Source of the DNA: Trichoplax sp. H2
Taxonomy: Eukaryota
DNA: 64,000 bases
Reading direction: 5' to 3'
NCBI GenBank assembly: GCA_003344405.1
Contig: NOWV01000028.1
Span: 310,001 to 374,000, forward strand
The translations under genes and the position numbers were made by a program. This document shows positions 38,556 to 51,500 of the stretch, piece after piece; the first letter of the stretch is position 1, and each line of letters opens with the position of its first letter. Below the pieces are notes generated by a model. That model did no database searches. It saw only the letters and a list, made by a program, of their open reading frames with translations, and was not told the DNA's origin.

Positions 38556-41500
38556 TGCAATATAATTACGTGTACTATTTAACCATTTTATTTAAAGTTC
38601 TCTAAGTTAGAAAAACTTTATGTTCATACAAAGCATCATGCAAGAGAGTTCAAATCTATCATTTTTTCTTAACACTATTGTTGATGCTGTCATAAAATAT
38701 TTGTAAAGCTAAAGTTGAATGACAAGATTCAGTTTGTAAAGATAATTTACTTCACAAATTCTTTGTTATTCAACAAATAATAAATGTTGTCAACGATTGA
38801 AAATATTCGTAAGGCAAGATTCCTCAATGACACAGGACTGTTGTAAATTAATGGATTGTCTAAAACTTTTGTCTTTGAAATTATTATTCATTTTCCTATG
38901 CTAGCCTAGACGATTATAGTCATATCCAATTATTTATTGATTATATTATTCAATTATTTCTAAGCATCTCTAGCTACTATGTACTATGCAATAACTTTAA
39001 GCCGTCTGTCGCAATATTGTTCTTTATATACAGTCAAAATAAAATAACTTTAGCATTCTCTTGCACCCTTGAAGCGTTTTCACAGCTTATTTCAATGATT
39101 ACTACTCTAAAATGAGAATTAATCGTTACAATATCGCCCTTATATGGATTACTACTACGTACCATGATATAGGATTGCTTGAAATAGCGTTAAGAAGAAA
39201 CCTTTCAAATTAATCACTAGTGTTAATGGCTTCTAATATCATGGCTGCAGCAAGTTTTATACTTTATAACTTTGGCCATCTCTGCATCGAACTGTGATGA
39301 GGCAAATGCAAAAATTTCTATTTATTCATGTACATCACTTTAGCCTTTATAGTTATCATAAATTTATAATTTATTCTTATGCCAGATACTGATCTAATAG
39401 AAATACCGGCTTAAATAGATTTAAAAGGAATTGAGTCAAAAGTAGCGCGAAAATAAACAAATTCATTTAAATGTAATAAGTATTATAAAAAGGTACGATT
39501 ATACCCTAGTTCTTAAGGGCTGCATTCATGCTTCTTTATCCGCGAGTAAAAAAATATAGAGTAGTTGTAGACTAGAAATTAAGATTTGAAGGGAATTAAA
39601 ACCTGTTCATTTGTATTAATTTATTTTTCTTAATTTCAATCTGGTACAGTATAGTAATAACCCTTTTAAGGTCAGGACTCTCTGCCCAAAATCTCACGAC
39701 AGTAGCAGTCCTGGCTTGATATAATTATGAATTCATCGGTTAAAATCGTCATCTAGAAATAGACTAGAATTATAATAAATTCAAAATCATATCACTAGCC
39801 ACTCACATATGCAAACTTTCATCTATTAGAACACATAGACTGTATTTATTAAATCCTTAAAGACAATCGTGCTTTCCTTTGATTAAGAAACTATCGTTCT
39901 TGGGTATTTACACCAATGAAAGGTAAATTGCATTTTAGAATGGGTTCAATATATACTCTATGTGTATGTTATATAATAAAGAATTAAAAAATGTTTGCTA
40001 AGAAATTAAAGCTATTTTGATAATACGTATCTGATTTCATCCATAAGTTAAGATTTAACATTCTTGAATTAGCCGTAACGTAATAAATTATACCTGACAA
40101 TTAGCATCGCACAAGTCATGATATTCGCTTACTATCATAGGGTAAGAGATAATTACGATTATCTAATCCAGTCCATATCTTACCCGCAGTCATAATCCTA
40201 TAGATAATTTATATAATTTATTAACTAATTCGAAAAGTATATTATTTGAATAACCTTATTTAAGCGAGATAGTGGCGCGAAAGAGAATATCATTACTTAG
40301 TGCACAGCTGTTGTTTAGAATAATTGGTCATCCTTCATCTTTATTAAACTTTACATTGTGTTAATCTTCTAATCAAAGCAGACATTTAATGCCATACAAA
40401 TAATTATTCGTTGTTTTTAATAATTGAGACCGTAAGATGACAATGCACAACTGCTATTCAGTCTATGTATTGGAAATATATATTAAAACTACGGGTTTTC
40501 TACCGATAAAAATAATTTTACGACGATAACCTGCAGACCAAAATGTAAAAATGCAAAAATTCATGACATACGATACAAATACTGGTTGATCTTTTATGAT
40601 AGATTGTAAATTAATTCTTCAAGTACATAGAGCAAAAGCTATGTTCATATTAAGTCGCTCAAGTCCTATAAATAACTGTCTTTTCAATTTTAAGGATCGT
40701 GACCATTGGTGATAAATTTAGATTAATTGCCAGTTCAGAATTATTTTCTTACTTTACTTAATAATCTTATACAAGCAAGCTGAGCCACATGAAATGATAG
40801 AATAAGCATGATTAATGCTGATTTGGTTTTTAAAAGTATAACACTATATTTAATTTATAAATCTTTGGTAAAGCTTTTCCTTAAGATTTTATTCGATACA
40901 ACTTTTATTATCGAAAAAAATTGACGAAGCTTTAATCTCAATGTCAATAAATTGGCAATTGAAACAGTTCTTAGAAAGTTGAGAATATATTGATTGCAAT
41001 TCTGAAAGTCCTAAAGACGCTAAGAATATTCCTTTCTTTACTACAATTAAGGGAATAAACTATGGGAGATTATCGTGTGAACGCATTCGCTGCAAAGGTA
41101 ATTATAACAATTAAGAATGAACGCTTTGAGTATCCGGATGTTTACTCAGGCTATTTATTGCATTCTAGGATTAAATATTTGTTGCCTTTATTTTAAATTT
41201 AACGTGAAGGTAAAATTTTCTCTATGATAATTTGTTATCTTTGACACAATTCAATAGCCTAATTCTCTTCTCTTTATCGCCGAAACAACTGTATATTAAA
41301 GTAATCATTAAGATCTAGTTTACGCTTTTGGAAGTTAAATGGACTGAAGCTGGGATTGAAAAGATTACTCTCTCATTCATGACTATTGTAGCTCGCTTGT
41401 TACCTAATGACATCATTCTTACTAGTATTAGACATAGGTTTTGATTAGAAGTTATTGTAGTATCTCAAAGTAGGATATGTTGAAGTAAACTGCTAACCAG

Positions 41501-42591
41501 AAGGTTTTGATTTACAGAAATTATACTGTAGAACATAGTCGAAGCTGCTAGCATATCCGCAGACAATGTGAGCATTATGCTAAATATCCATTACGGTGCC
41601 CAACAGAAACAAATCAAGGTGTTACTACATAAATACTTGTAATAAAAAAGTAGTTATAACATGACATACTGCGTGAATTGGACAACCTTCATGTTTATAT
41701 TCAAGATATAAATATATTTTTAGAATATATAGTACGGTTGGTTGAAAAAAAAGTATATTTCTTCGAAATTTAATTAATAGCTGAACCAAATCTAAAACAT
41801 AACGAGGATTATAATACGTAGGTTGCTAAAGTATGAGTTTAGCTTGCATATAATTGTATTTGATCACAGCTACAGAATATATTTTTCAAATTGTAACATA
41901 TTTTTGCGTTAGTAACCTGTTATATATTTAAATAAAAAATGATATTTCGAAATTTTTAATATACACATAACCCAAAATTATAGCTAAACTAATGATGGCA
42001 TAGCTACTGTAACACCGTAAGATTGATATTGTTAGCAGTGCATTGCACTATATAGATTAAACTGTAAACAACGTAATAATTTCCTTACCCAATACAAACT
42101 TAAGTACTCACGTATGAATAATGTAAGATATAATTAATTCTTTGGTAGTTATTACTAGTTAATGCTCATTTTGTAGTTTGCTTATATTATATGTAAATTA
42201 AATGTTTATCATACCAACGTTGGTAGAATGTAAACGCTTTCAGCATATTTTTTTATTTAACATTTTTTTCTAGTGACAGTGCAATACTTTAGAATAAACT
42301 AATGCCAAGAATGCAAACTGTGTGAATTGAAATCAAATTTATTAAGATTGTTCTCCCTTTACTTAAAAATTACGCTTTTCCTGATAATTAGAATGACCAA
42401 TAAGTAGGAAGATAGTCACTTATCTTAGCAGACAGGGCGTACTAATGCAGACTTTATTGATTACTATCAATAACGGATGTAAATGAATATTAATATCAAG
42501 ACACTACTCAGGCAAACGATTGATCATCTTTATTTCAATTAAAAGTTGATACTTTAGCCCCAAATTTGATTTCAGTCACTAATTTAATACC

Positions 42592-45562
42592 ATGCAACAA
42601 AATCATCCATATCTAATTATTAATGGTGAAAGCTATGTTGGTAAGGCCATCGATATACCAGCCAGTTATTGGGGAAGGAAGTGGTGCAAAGAATCGAATG
42701 TTAAGCCATCAAGCAGGATTCGCTGCCTTATTCAAAGCTTTAATCCTAGCAAAAATTCAAATTCTGAAGGTTGTTGGACAGTTCTTTCCAACGGCAGAGA
42801 GTGCATTTTAGATTCACAAGCTTTACAGAGATTTATGGCTGAAGAACACCGTATGTTGTCAGATTATAGTGATCTTTATGAGCTTCGACAAGATGATGAA
42901 GAAATTAGTGATCTTAAAAGGTATCCCACCTATTCAATTTTGTTTGCTAATTTCTTCTGCGCGTATCATATATCAATATTATTTACAATTTTGCCATTAG
43001 TAAAGTAATAAAGGCTTTTCTTATTTATACTAGTATGACCGACATATCGCCGACAATTTCAGCCAAATCGAGTCCGGAAACTATTCGTCAAGCTTTAATG
43101 ACAGAACTGTATGTATACATGCTAATTAGACTGTAAATGGTTTTAAAATTAAATAGTGTATGTAATAAATGAGACGATAGATGGCTAACCGATATTATGT
43201 CGTGAGTTATTATTGGCAATTTTGTGTGCTAAAGCACATCAAAGTAGTTGTTATTAAATCGATCTAAATTTGCTGCTAAAAGATATAATTGAATGAAATG
43301 AGTTATTATCGATACTGGCGTATGGATGCAAATGCAAGGCTAAATGAATTAATTCATGTTTCACTGTATGATAGACTGTAGGTATTTATCAGACCATAAG
43401 TTATTAGTTAGTGAATACCGGCTAAGTCGCGTTATCGCAAGACATATCGTTAGAATTTCAGATATTTGACCTGGGATAAATTGATTGAGCTTATGTGCAG
43501 TTTGGTTAGAATTCCGGTATAGGATTTACGATCTACGACAAAGTATTACATTGGCGAAATAAATTCAACACCAAGTTAGAAGTAGAGTGATCACTATCAT
43601 CATACGGTAATTATTCCACACAAATGTCGAACTTCAAATCAAGTGGATTTTTAACGGATGATAAAATTTCTACTTGAAATGAAGAGAACATTAGTTTAAC
43701 CTATTTAACTTTATACCGTCATCTAATGGTTTGTTGCTAAAGCTTTCCACGAACGATAATAATAGCAACGCATGCTTTACATGTCAGATATTTTGTTAGA
43801 AAGAAATACATAACCGAATGAATAAGCAGTAATTTTGGAACTATTATAATTAATTATTATTTAGGTACCGGTATAAGATTAATCAATGGGCACGTTAATA
43901 ATAGCATGAAATGTGTTAAAATGTTAAATAGTTGATAGCTATGACTGAGGTTATAACGTTAGTTAAATTTGCTAGCTCTACTGCGCGATATCATCTCTAT
44001 TTTCTATCCCGTTCTTAAAATCTAGATCATGCGACTTTAATATCAGTTCAGAGGAAGAATTACTGCTAGATCGCAACAAACGATTCAAGCCGCTACCAAA
44101 ATTTAATCAAAAAGAATGGACAAAGGCTATTTATCGTCGTTACCGAATAGTCAAATTCAATCGAGATCAATATGGCCCAACTATGGAAAAGCAAGCAGAT
44201 TTTACTGCACTCGATTGGTTTAACTTGTTCTTTCCTGATAAACTTTGGCAAGCTATTGCTAATCACAGTAATAGTCGCGTAGCTCAACTATTAGCTGTAG
44301 GTAAAATGAGTGAACAAGTTGTGGATTGGATACCATTAGATGTTAAAACTCTAAAAGCATTTGTTGGCATGGCTATTATAATGGGAAGTATAAAATTTCC
44401 TAGAGTGACTATGTATTGGCAACAATCTCGTAAATATTCATCACTGGGCTATTTCCCGTATGTCTTGTCAATGCGGCGATTTAGTCAAATTTTAAATAAT
44501 TTAGAATTTGATTCTCCTAATAGCAAAAGTAGCAAAAATACCAATGACTCATTAGGTAAAGTTCGTCTGTTATTGGACGGAATTATTCCTTGCTTCAAGC
44601 AGCATTACATGCCTTCAGAAGAATTAAGAATCAGTCAAGCAACACTTCCTTACGCAGGTAATTATACACTAGATGCTCGCCGTCATGATGGAAGATGCAA
44701 TAGTTTAAATGTGCGCATTATTTCTGAAATTTCAACGGGTTATATATTCAATTTACACATTGATCGAGCTTCATCTTCTAATTCAATCAATGATGGCTAC
44801 AATCGAATCAATTGCAATCAAATTAGACAACTGACACAGGGATTACAACATAAAAATCATAAACTCTACGTTGATCATGATGTGATGACAGCAGAATTGG
44901 TCGATCATTTATTAAATTTGGGCTTTTATGCTTGTGGATTAGCTAGAAGTGATTGTAGCGATATACCGCAGGCTTTAAAACGAACATATTCGATTAATAA
45001 TAATAATCACCATCATCGAGGTGGTAGCGTCGTTCAGTGGAGGATGCGACAGCAAACTTTAGTTTGTGCAATCGAGCAAAGTCAATCTGATCCATTATAT
45101 TTTTTCTCATCCATGCATTTACCGCCAAACCGTTATGATATGATTAATGATCATATTTTGGGCCGGCAGCAGCTGGAAGAATATCGATTATATAATGATT
45201 ATCAACGTTGGGAAAAATGCAAGTTGAAGAGCGTCTTGCATAGTTTGTATTACTTTTATAACGGTGGTCGATATTGTAAAAAGTGGCATCGGCGGGTTTT
45301 TTTCTACTTGATAGAATGTTCCTTAGTGAATGCATTTATTGTGGCTCAAAAATGCAGTTATAATAATCAACACCAGCAGGAAAAATCATTGGATACTGCA
45401 GAATTTTTGGACTTTCGATCAGAGATTGCAGAAGCATTAATTGAACAATTTTTGGGTAATGAACCGCAATTTGTTGTGACTAAAGCCTCGAATTTACAAG
45501 TTAAGACGGAAGCAGAGATACTCCATCGCCATTATACATCATCGGATTATATTCATCTATAG
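42592..45562 (+). CDS. piggyBac transposase-derived protein (PGBD-like, DDE_Tnp_1_7 family) with an extra N-terminal domain; exons 42592-42920, 43034-43108, 44026-45562 (~646 aa)
   Basis: piggyBac motifs: ALDWFNLFF, LKAFVGMAIIMG, MYW, RRFSQILNNL, DSLGKVRLL, HKLYVD, KKWHRRVFFYLIECSLVNAFI, FLDFRSEIAEALI. Both introns are GT-AG, phase 2, and join without stops. No TIRs were recognised. Confidence 0.85.
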
Positions 45563-47068
45563 CAGTGTCTTGGTGAACATCATTTCTCCCCGCCTCCCCC
45601 CCCCCCAAAAAAAACACCAAATGGATGACTAGGCAAACATTGATATTAACTACTGAAATGTACGTATTTCATAATGCACCTTTGCTCCTCTCAAGTTCAT
45701 TCTTAGGAAGCATGTCCATTAGCACTGTACAGACTTGTTATATTGCTAATAGCATCGTGATTGAATTACATGCCTACGAGTAAACTACCTATACTAACTG
45801 ATAATGCGACATCATCCTATAGTGCATGTCTTTGTTCAATATAAGCTGTAACCTATGAAATAAATTGTTACAAGAACGCATCATTTAAGTGCTTTATTCA
45901 GTTTAATGATTGGGGATTCCTCTCCAGTATTATATATATACGCTGTCCATGCTCGATTGTAGGCCATCATTGCAACAATAGCTTTATTAACGCTATACCT
46001 TGGTGCTTTATCCTGTTTGTACAGGAAAAAACTTAAACTAATTTCACTTTAACAGCTGGTTTAAATAGTTTATCAATAGAATGCATCAGTCAGTGCCGCA
46101 TCTGACCATTTTCTATTCAATGCATCTCCAGTAGGACTAAAATAAGTAATTTATATACTCAAATAGGGTGAAGAATTTTAGAGGGAGTTGCAATTCTGTG
46201 TGATACAGTAAAATGTCCCCCTCCCTAGGTCTTTGTAATCTAGCTTACTGTTCAGTAAGAACTTTATCTAATCCTACCGCTTAGCGTCGATCTGTGGCAT
46301 GTAGTAGCCTTACATTTGATTCAAAATGAATGTCAAATGCTTGTCCCATAGTAGACTTTGTACCATTTTGAGCAGTGGCATAGTTTGAAGGTGTTTTCAC
46401 CAGGGACTTGTGAGATAGATACAGTGATTACCAGTGTCTTGCATTTTGAATGAATATTTTTGCCCGTTTAAAATTGAGTACACTGGTTATTACAGTATCT
46501 GTCCATGCAGTACTGATATTAGCCCACCTGTAGTTGAGACCAGAAGCATGGCGAGGACTACCAAAATTTTTAGTATCTTCTACGAAAGTACAAAATCAAA
46601 AAATGGTTTGGCGAATTTTCTCGGAAAGTAGACTATCAAAAAATGTTTCGTGGCCCCCGGCCATGGTTAAATGGCTTGTTTGTGGTTGTCGCAGATTTTG
46701 CGGACTCGTATTTCTATAGATAGTCAGAGACTTGTAGGACTAATACCACTAATACCATTAGTATTATTCTCATGGACTCATGGGCTACTAAAATTAGGGT
46801 AGTTTAGTAGTCCATGACAGTGCTTTTAAAAAAGGAATTTCTTTATTCACTGCAAGTCCTAGACGATAGTATACGACAAGGATGTGTAAGTGGGTTATCT
46901 TCCATTCAATCTAGTAGTGCTATCCAATTTTATACTGTATGGATCGAAAACACATGGATTTCGGTAAAGAGGTATTCTAAAGATTTGCAATTTTGCATAC
47001 AGGTATTGTTGAAATTAATTTTGGCATGTTTGACAGTTCGCTCGCCAATATATGAAGAGTTTTTGGAA

Positions 47069-47421
47069 CCCTCAGCTGAAACTGTGATACTGATGTATTA
47101 TCTATCGTATACCGGTGAAGACTTTAAAAAAGGGAAAAGTAATGATTTGCTATTGTATCCTCTCTGCTGAAACTGTTGTACTGATGTATTATCGTATACC
47201 GGTGAAGACTTTAAAAAAAGGGAAACTAATGATTTGCCATGGTATCCTCTCAGCTAAAACTGTTGTACTGATGTGTTATCGTATACCGGTGAAGACTTTA
47301 AAAAAAAGGGGAAACTAATGATTTGCCATGGTATCCTCTCAGCTGAAACTGTCTTCCTGATGTATTATCGTATACCAGGGAAGATTTTAAAAAAGGGAAA
47401 ACTAATGATTTGCCATGGTAT
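47069..47421. repeat. Young tandem repeat, ~88 bp x4
   Basis: Near-identical CTCAGCTGAAACTGT...ATCGTATACCGGTGAAGACTTTAAAAAAAGGGAAACTAATGATTTGCCATGGTAT units. This explains the repetitive ORFs at 47115-47494. Confidence 0.95.
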
Positions 47422-47974
47422 ATTTTTATATCGTAACGATCTTCCCATTCGCCAATTTTCATGGTTGTATTTTCAATGTAACAATACTTCATAATGCTAT
47501 TTGGCGTTGCAGTTAATCATAATTTGCGATTTTCGAATAAAGATACTAGATGCATAAATAGTTATAATGAAAAGCCAATGAAGATTTGGGCTTTGCATTT
47601 TCAGGGCAATGTTTTATACTATACTATTTGGTAACTTCTTAGATGCAAATATTAGAGTAACAATAACGCAGTACACTTTATTTATTCCTCAAGTTTTTCT
47701 GCTTCTGCTAGATAACCGCAATACTGTTCTTGCTTGGTGCACGCAGAATCGCTCAGCAGTAATGATCATTAAGGTTCTCATTTCATTGAATGATCTTTAT
47801 TTGAAATTTCTAAGCATGAAAATTTGCGAAGGCAGATCGGCAAGATATAAAAATAGCAAATGATTGGTTTCCCTATCCCCAAAATTGGAGGATATTTTTA
47901 AACTATACCATGTACAAATGGGCAAAACACTCTGGAAAAATGATTCAGCCTTCTCTTCACTTTGACGCCAAGAA

Positions 47975-48300
47975 CGGTCACTGCACGTCGTCTCGCACGG
48001 ACTAGCCTCAACCTTTTCCGCAGCTCACAGTCTCACACTAACACGGACCATTGTCACAGACAACTCGTGTACTGTACAGTGTACACGCTGTGACCGCAAT
48101 ACCTCAGTAGTCTACTGGAGTTCTAGTACTGTACTATATGGGAGATTGGGTATGGTATTGCGTTATGTGGACTGTTGACTCCAGTACTGTACTGTAACAG
48201 GCGAAGTGATTGTACTGTACAGTACAGTACAGTGTACTGTGCAGTACCGTGCCGTGCTACAATCCTTTTCACTGTACAATGTACAGTGAAAAGGAGACTA
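47975..48300 (+). promoter_or_regulatory. Putative GMPS promoter/5' region rich in CAGTA/TACTG/GTAC palindromic motifs
   Basis: Lies 250-570 bp upstream of the GMPS ATG. Contains a 16-bp palindrome TGTACTGTACAGTACA (48211-48226) and a 16-bp inverted repeat with 1-nt spacer (48263-48295). Confidence 0.5.
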
Positions 48301-48548
48301 CAACCCTCCTGGAGGATCGATGTGGACTGCAATTCAACTAACGAATACGTCAGTAGCGATCAAGAATTGTGCTAGGACTTGGCAAGACGAGCGCGTTGAG
48401 CAGGGAAAGAATTAAGTGGAATTTCCATCCAACCAGCTACGTCGATCCGCTATTCGTGAGCTAATTGTATCTTATTCTGCTGTGATTGCCTTCAAGAGAG
48501 AAAGACTGTAGTACGATATCTCGTACTGCAACAGTCGAAAACAAGACT

Positions 48549-51500
48549 ATGTCAACACATGTAAATGGTCAAATAGAATCCGACGATGACGAACGCCATG
48601 CATTCCCGGCGGAAAAACGTAGGAAAGAAAGCCCAATGACTCACAAAGTGGCATTGCTTGATGCTGGAGCCCAATATGGAAAGGTATATTGCTTCCAATA
48701 TTGCAGTAGTAGCATAACCATGACGTGCATACTGTCCTATCCATGCAATTCCATTCATGGAAGATGATGTTATCTGAGCAACTGAGTGCAGGTGTAGCTC
48801 CAACATGCCAGGATGATTGCAATTGGAAAATAGACCATCGCCACACACCAAAATACCTACAGTGAGATTGTACTTTCTTATCCAAAATGATCATCTATCG
48901 TATGCATGACTAGCTATACTACTGTATCTGCCCATAAATTGACTTTAGTATTGGTTATGGGTCATCATGACGCCATCGCATCCAACTTGGCTAGATCACC
49001 CACCGATTAGAAAAATCGATCCCACAATCCACTCAGAACATCCTCTAGTCCTGTATTACTTGGACAATTTATCCAGTGTTAAGCTGTGAATGGATCAACG
49101 GTCACTACAGAGAAAGTGTCAAATGTAAACTTGATTACAATAAACGAGCTGTTGCAATCCTCTCCACCTTTCCCATACAGCCAAACTTGTTAGCAAATCA
49201 TTTTAATGACCTAAATAAGAAGGAAGGAGGTGTTAACTCATTTGGCCAACTTGCCTGTGGGTAGTTTATTACTGTATTGAGTACAAACGGTCCGGTTGGG
49301 TCCAGTTGGGACTACTACGCAGTGTTTACAGTCCAGTGTGTTGACGTTGTTGGACAATGACCAGTTTAGCCTTGCCAACACTTGCCTTTCCTCCTACTTG
49401 TCTAGACTATGTTTTCATGCAGTACCCTAAAGTTGGACACGTCAGTCCAGCGCGGTCACCCATTGCTCTCCTCCACTTGCTATTCTCTATCCTATACCAA
49501 GAGATACACCATTTGACCATAATGGTACACTACCCTCCCATACTGCAACCCAAACAAGTTCAAAAGTGCGCCAATATTCCCTCCCTAGTAATGGCCGGCC
49601 ACTTAATCCATGGTAGCATCTACCCAAGGCCATTTTGGATCATTTATTTTTGCATCTTTGTCAGTGAAATTTTCTTTTTTTTTTCAATCATTGGAGAGAA
49701 TCGTTCATGCTAATGCATTTCAATTGGTAATAAGAGAAGGAGAGAGAGAAATTTCATCGTTACAAGTTGAATCAAGACGGCAGGGTCGTCGTTGTGAAGA
49801 TTTTTTTTCTCTCCTTGTCAATGAACGGATAGTTGTTGAGATAGAGTAATACCTCGCTCTTTCTACTGTTCAATCATTTTACATCCATTTCTATTTCTTG
49901 TCCTCTTCTTGTTTGTACTTTTTCTATCACTTACAATGTCGTCAAAGAGAGTATACCCGTTAGAATGGATTGAAATTAAATTACAGTCTAACATGTCTTT
50001 CACCCAGTTGTCATGGGTCTTCATTAGCTTGACATCAAGCTAAACAGGGGGGGAACAATGTCACATTTCCCCCAACTTAGGCGTTATTCTATTCTGCTTA
50101 CCATGATCATCATCATCATGGCAAAGAGAAACTAATAAAAGCGACAAGACAAATCAATTCGTTTCATTTCCTTTTTCACTCTATCCTGACTGATCAAGCC
50201 ATGCTCATTTCCCTGTCTTGCTATTCAATCCAATGACGTTAAGCAGATGTTGATTCATTTTTTTTTCCAATGAAATGAGTAGTCGGCAATCCATTCCATA
50301 GCATTTCCACTCTAATCGATAACCATTTAGGCTATACTAATACAGTTATCGATGAGAGAGGGATCGTTTTTAACCAAGATTCGATCATCCATCAATTAAC
50401 TACGATCCCATCCAGTCAAGGTGTCAAGAAAGATCAACTTGTAATTCGCTAGGATCGACACTGGAATCAATCGAAAACCATTTAGGCCATAGCAATGAGA
50501 GATGGATCCTTTTCAACCAAAATTCTATCATCCATCCATTGACTACCATACTATCCAGTCAAGGTGCCAGGAAAGATCAACTGGTCTTCAAACATAGCTC
50601 TAAATTACAACCAGTCAGTGTTGAAAGGATAACTGTTATACTAGAGTAAAACATAACGATTGGACTCACAAGGGACGAATCACCGCTATTCAAGCGGGCT
50701 AGAAATGTTGCAAAGGTAGTAGTCAAACTAAAGGAATGCTTACTAGCAATAGAAGATCCATACAAATGTTGACAACATCATCAACTAGCGACAAAATGCA
50801 ATTTTTGGACAACATAAATTACGTGTGTGATGGGATGGAGCGATACATAGACAGTGCTATCGTACTCAGAAACTATGGATTATACTCGAGTATCCATCCT
50901 ATCCAAACTGGACACCCGTTTCATTTGAACGCTTTCGTCTCTTATATTGAGTTGTTCAAAAAGAAATCACCTAAACTTACGATATCGACAGACTAGACGA
51001 TCTTCATCGTCAAGTAGTGGCTGATTAACTTGAAGAGGATCCATTTTGTTTAATAAAGTTCATCGTTGACCATCATTAAACCCTTCAGTTCTCTTCAGTA
51101 CACCATTCGAAACACAAACTACAATCTTGTTGAGTATCTATACAGTACTATAGAACGAAAACTGCTCCTACAATGTAGAATCAACATATACGTACTTTCA
51201 TTTCCTACAGAGACATAATAGCGATGGATCATATTGCGATAATCCATTTCCCAGTTTATCGTATTACCTCTACATTCTGCTTGCAACCATAGATTTCAAA
51301 CTACAATAAATTTATAAATGTTGGATGTTAGACGATGATCAGTTCTGTAATATTGAGTGGGCAAAAATCGCCATTATTTTTATGATACAATTCAGTAGTG
51401 TGCCCCCTCGAAGATTGGAATGCATTCCGTAATAGCTCATTAATAACTTAATTAAAAAATACAAACTTTGTACTTGGTATTCTTTTAATAAATTCAGTTT

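Noticed and set aside
45563..45710. Possible relic of the piggyBac Cys-rich tail or stop readthrough (QCLGEHHFSP..., KCTYFIMHLC)
   Set aside because: Similarity is too short and interrupted by stops and a poly-C run; it cannot be distinguished from chance.
42000..46000. Active piggyBac transposon
   Set aside because: No terminal inverted repeats recognised, catalytic residues degenerate, Cys-rich C-terminal domain missing, and introns present.
46814..47494. Repetitive short ORFs (KTLKKGKLMICHGILSA...)
   Set aside because: Translations of the ~88-bp tandem repeat, with the frame shifting between copies.
45950..47990. Minus-strand exon-like pieces suggesting a gene divergent from GMPS
   Set aside because: No start codon, consistent phase chain or recognisable protein could be assembled.
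48123..48375. ORFs rich in TVQYS/YCTV (also 61189-61407)
   Set aside because: Artefacts of CAGTA/TACTG pentamer repeats.
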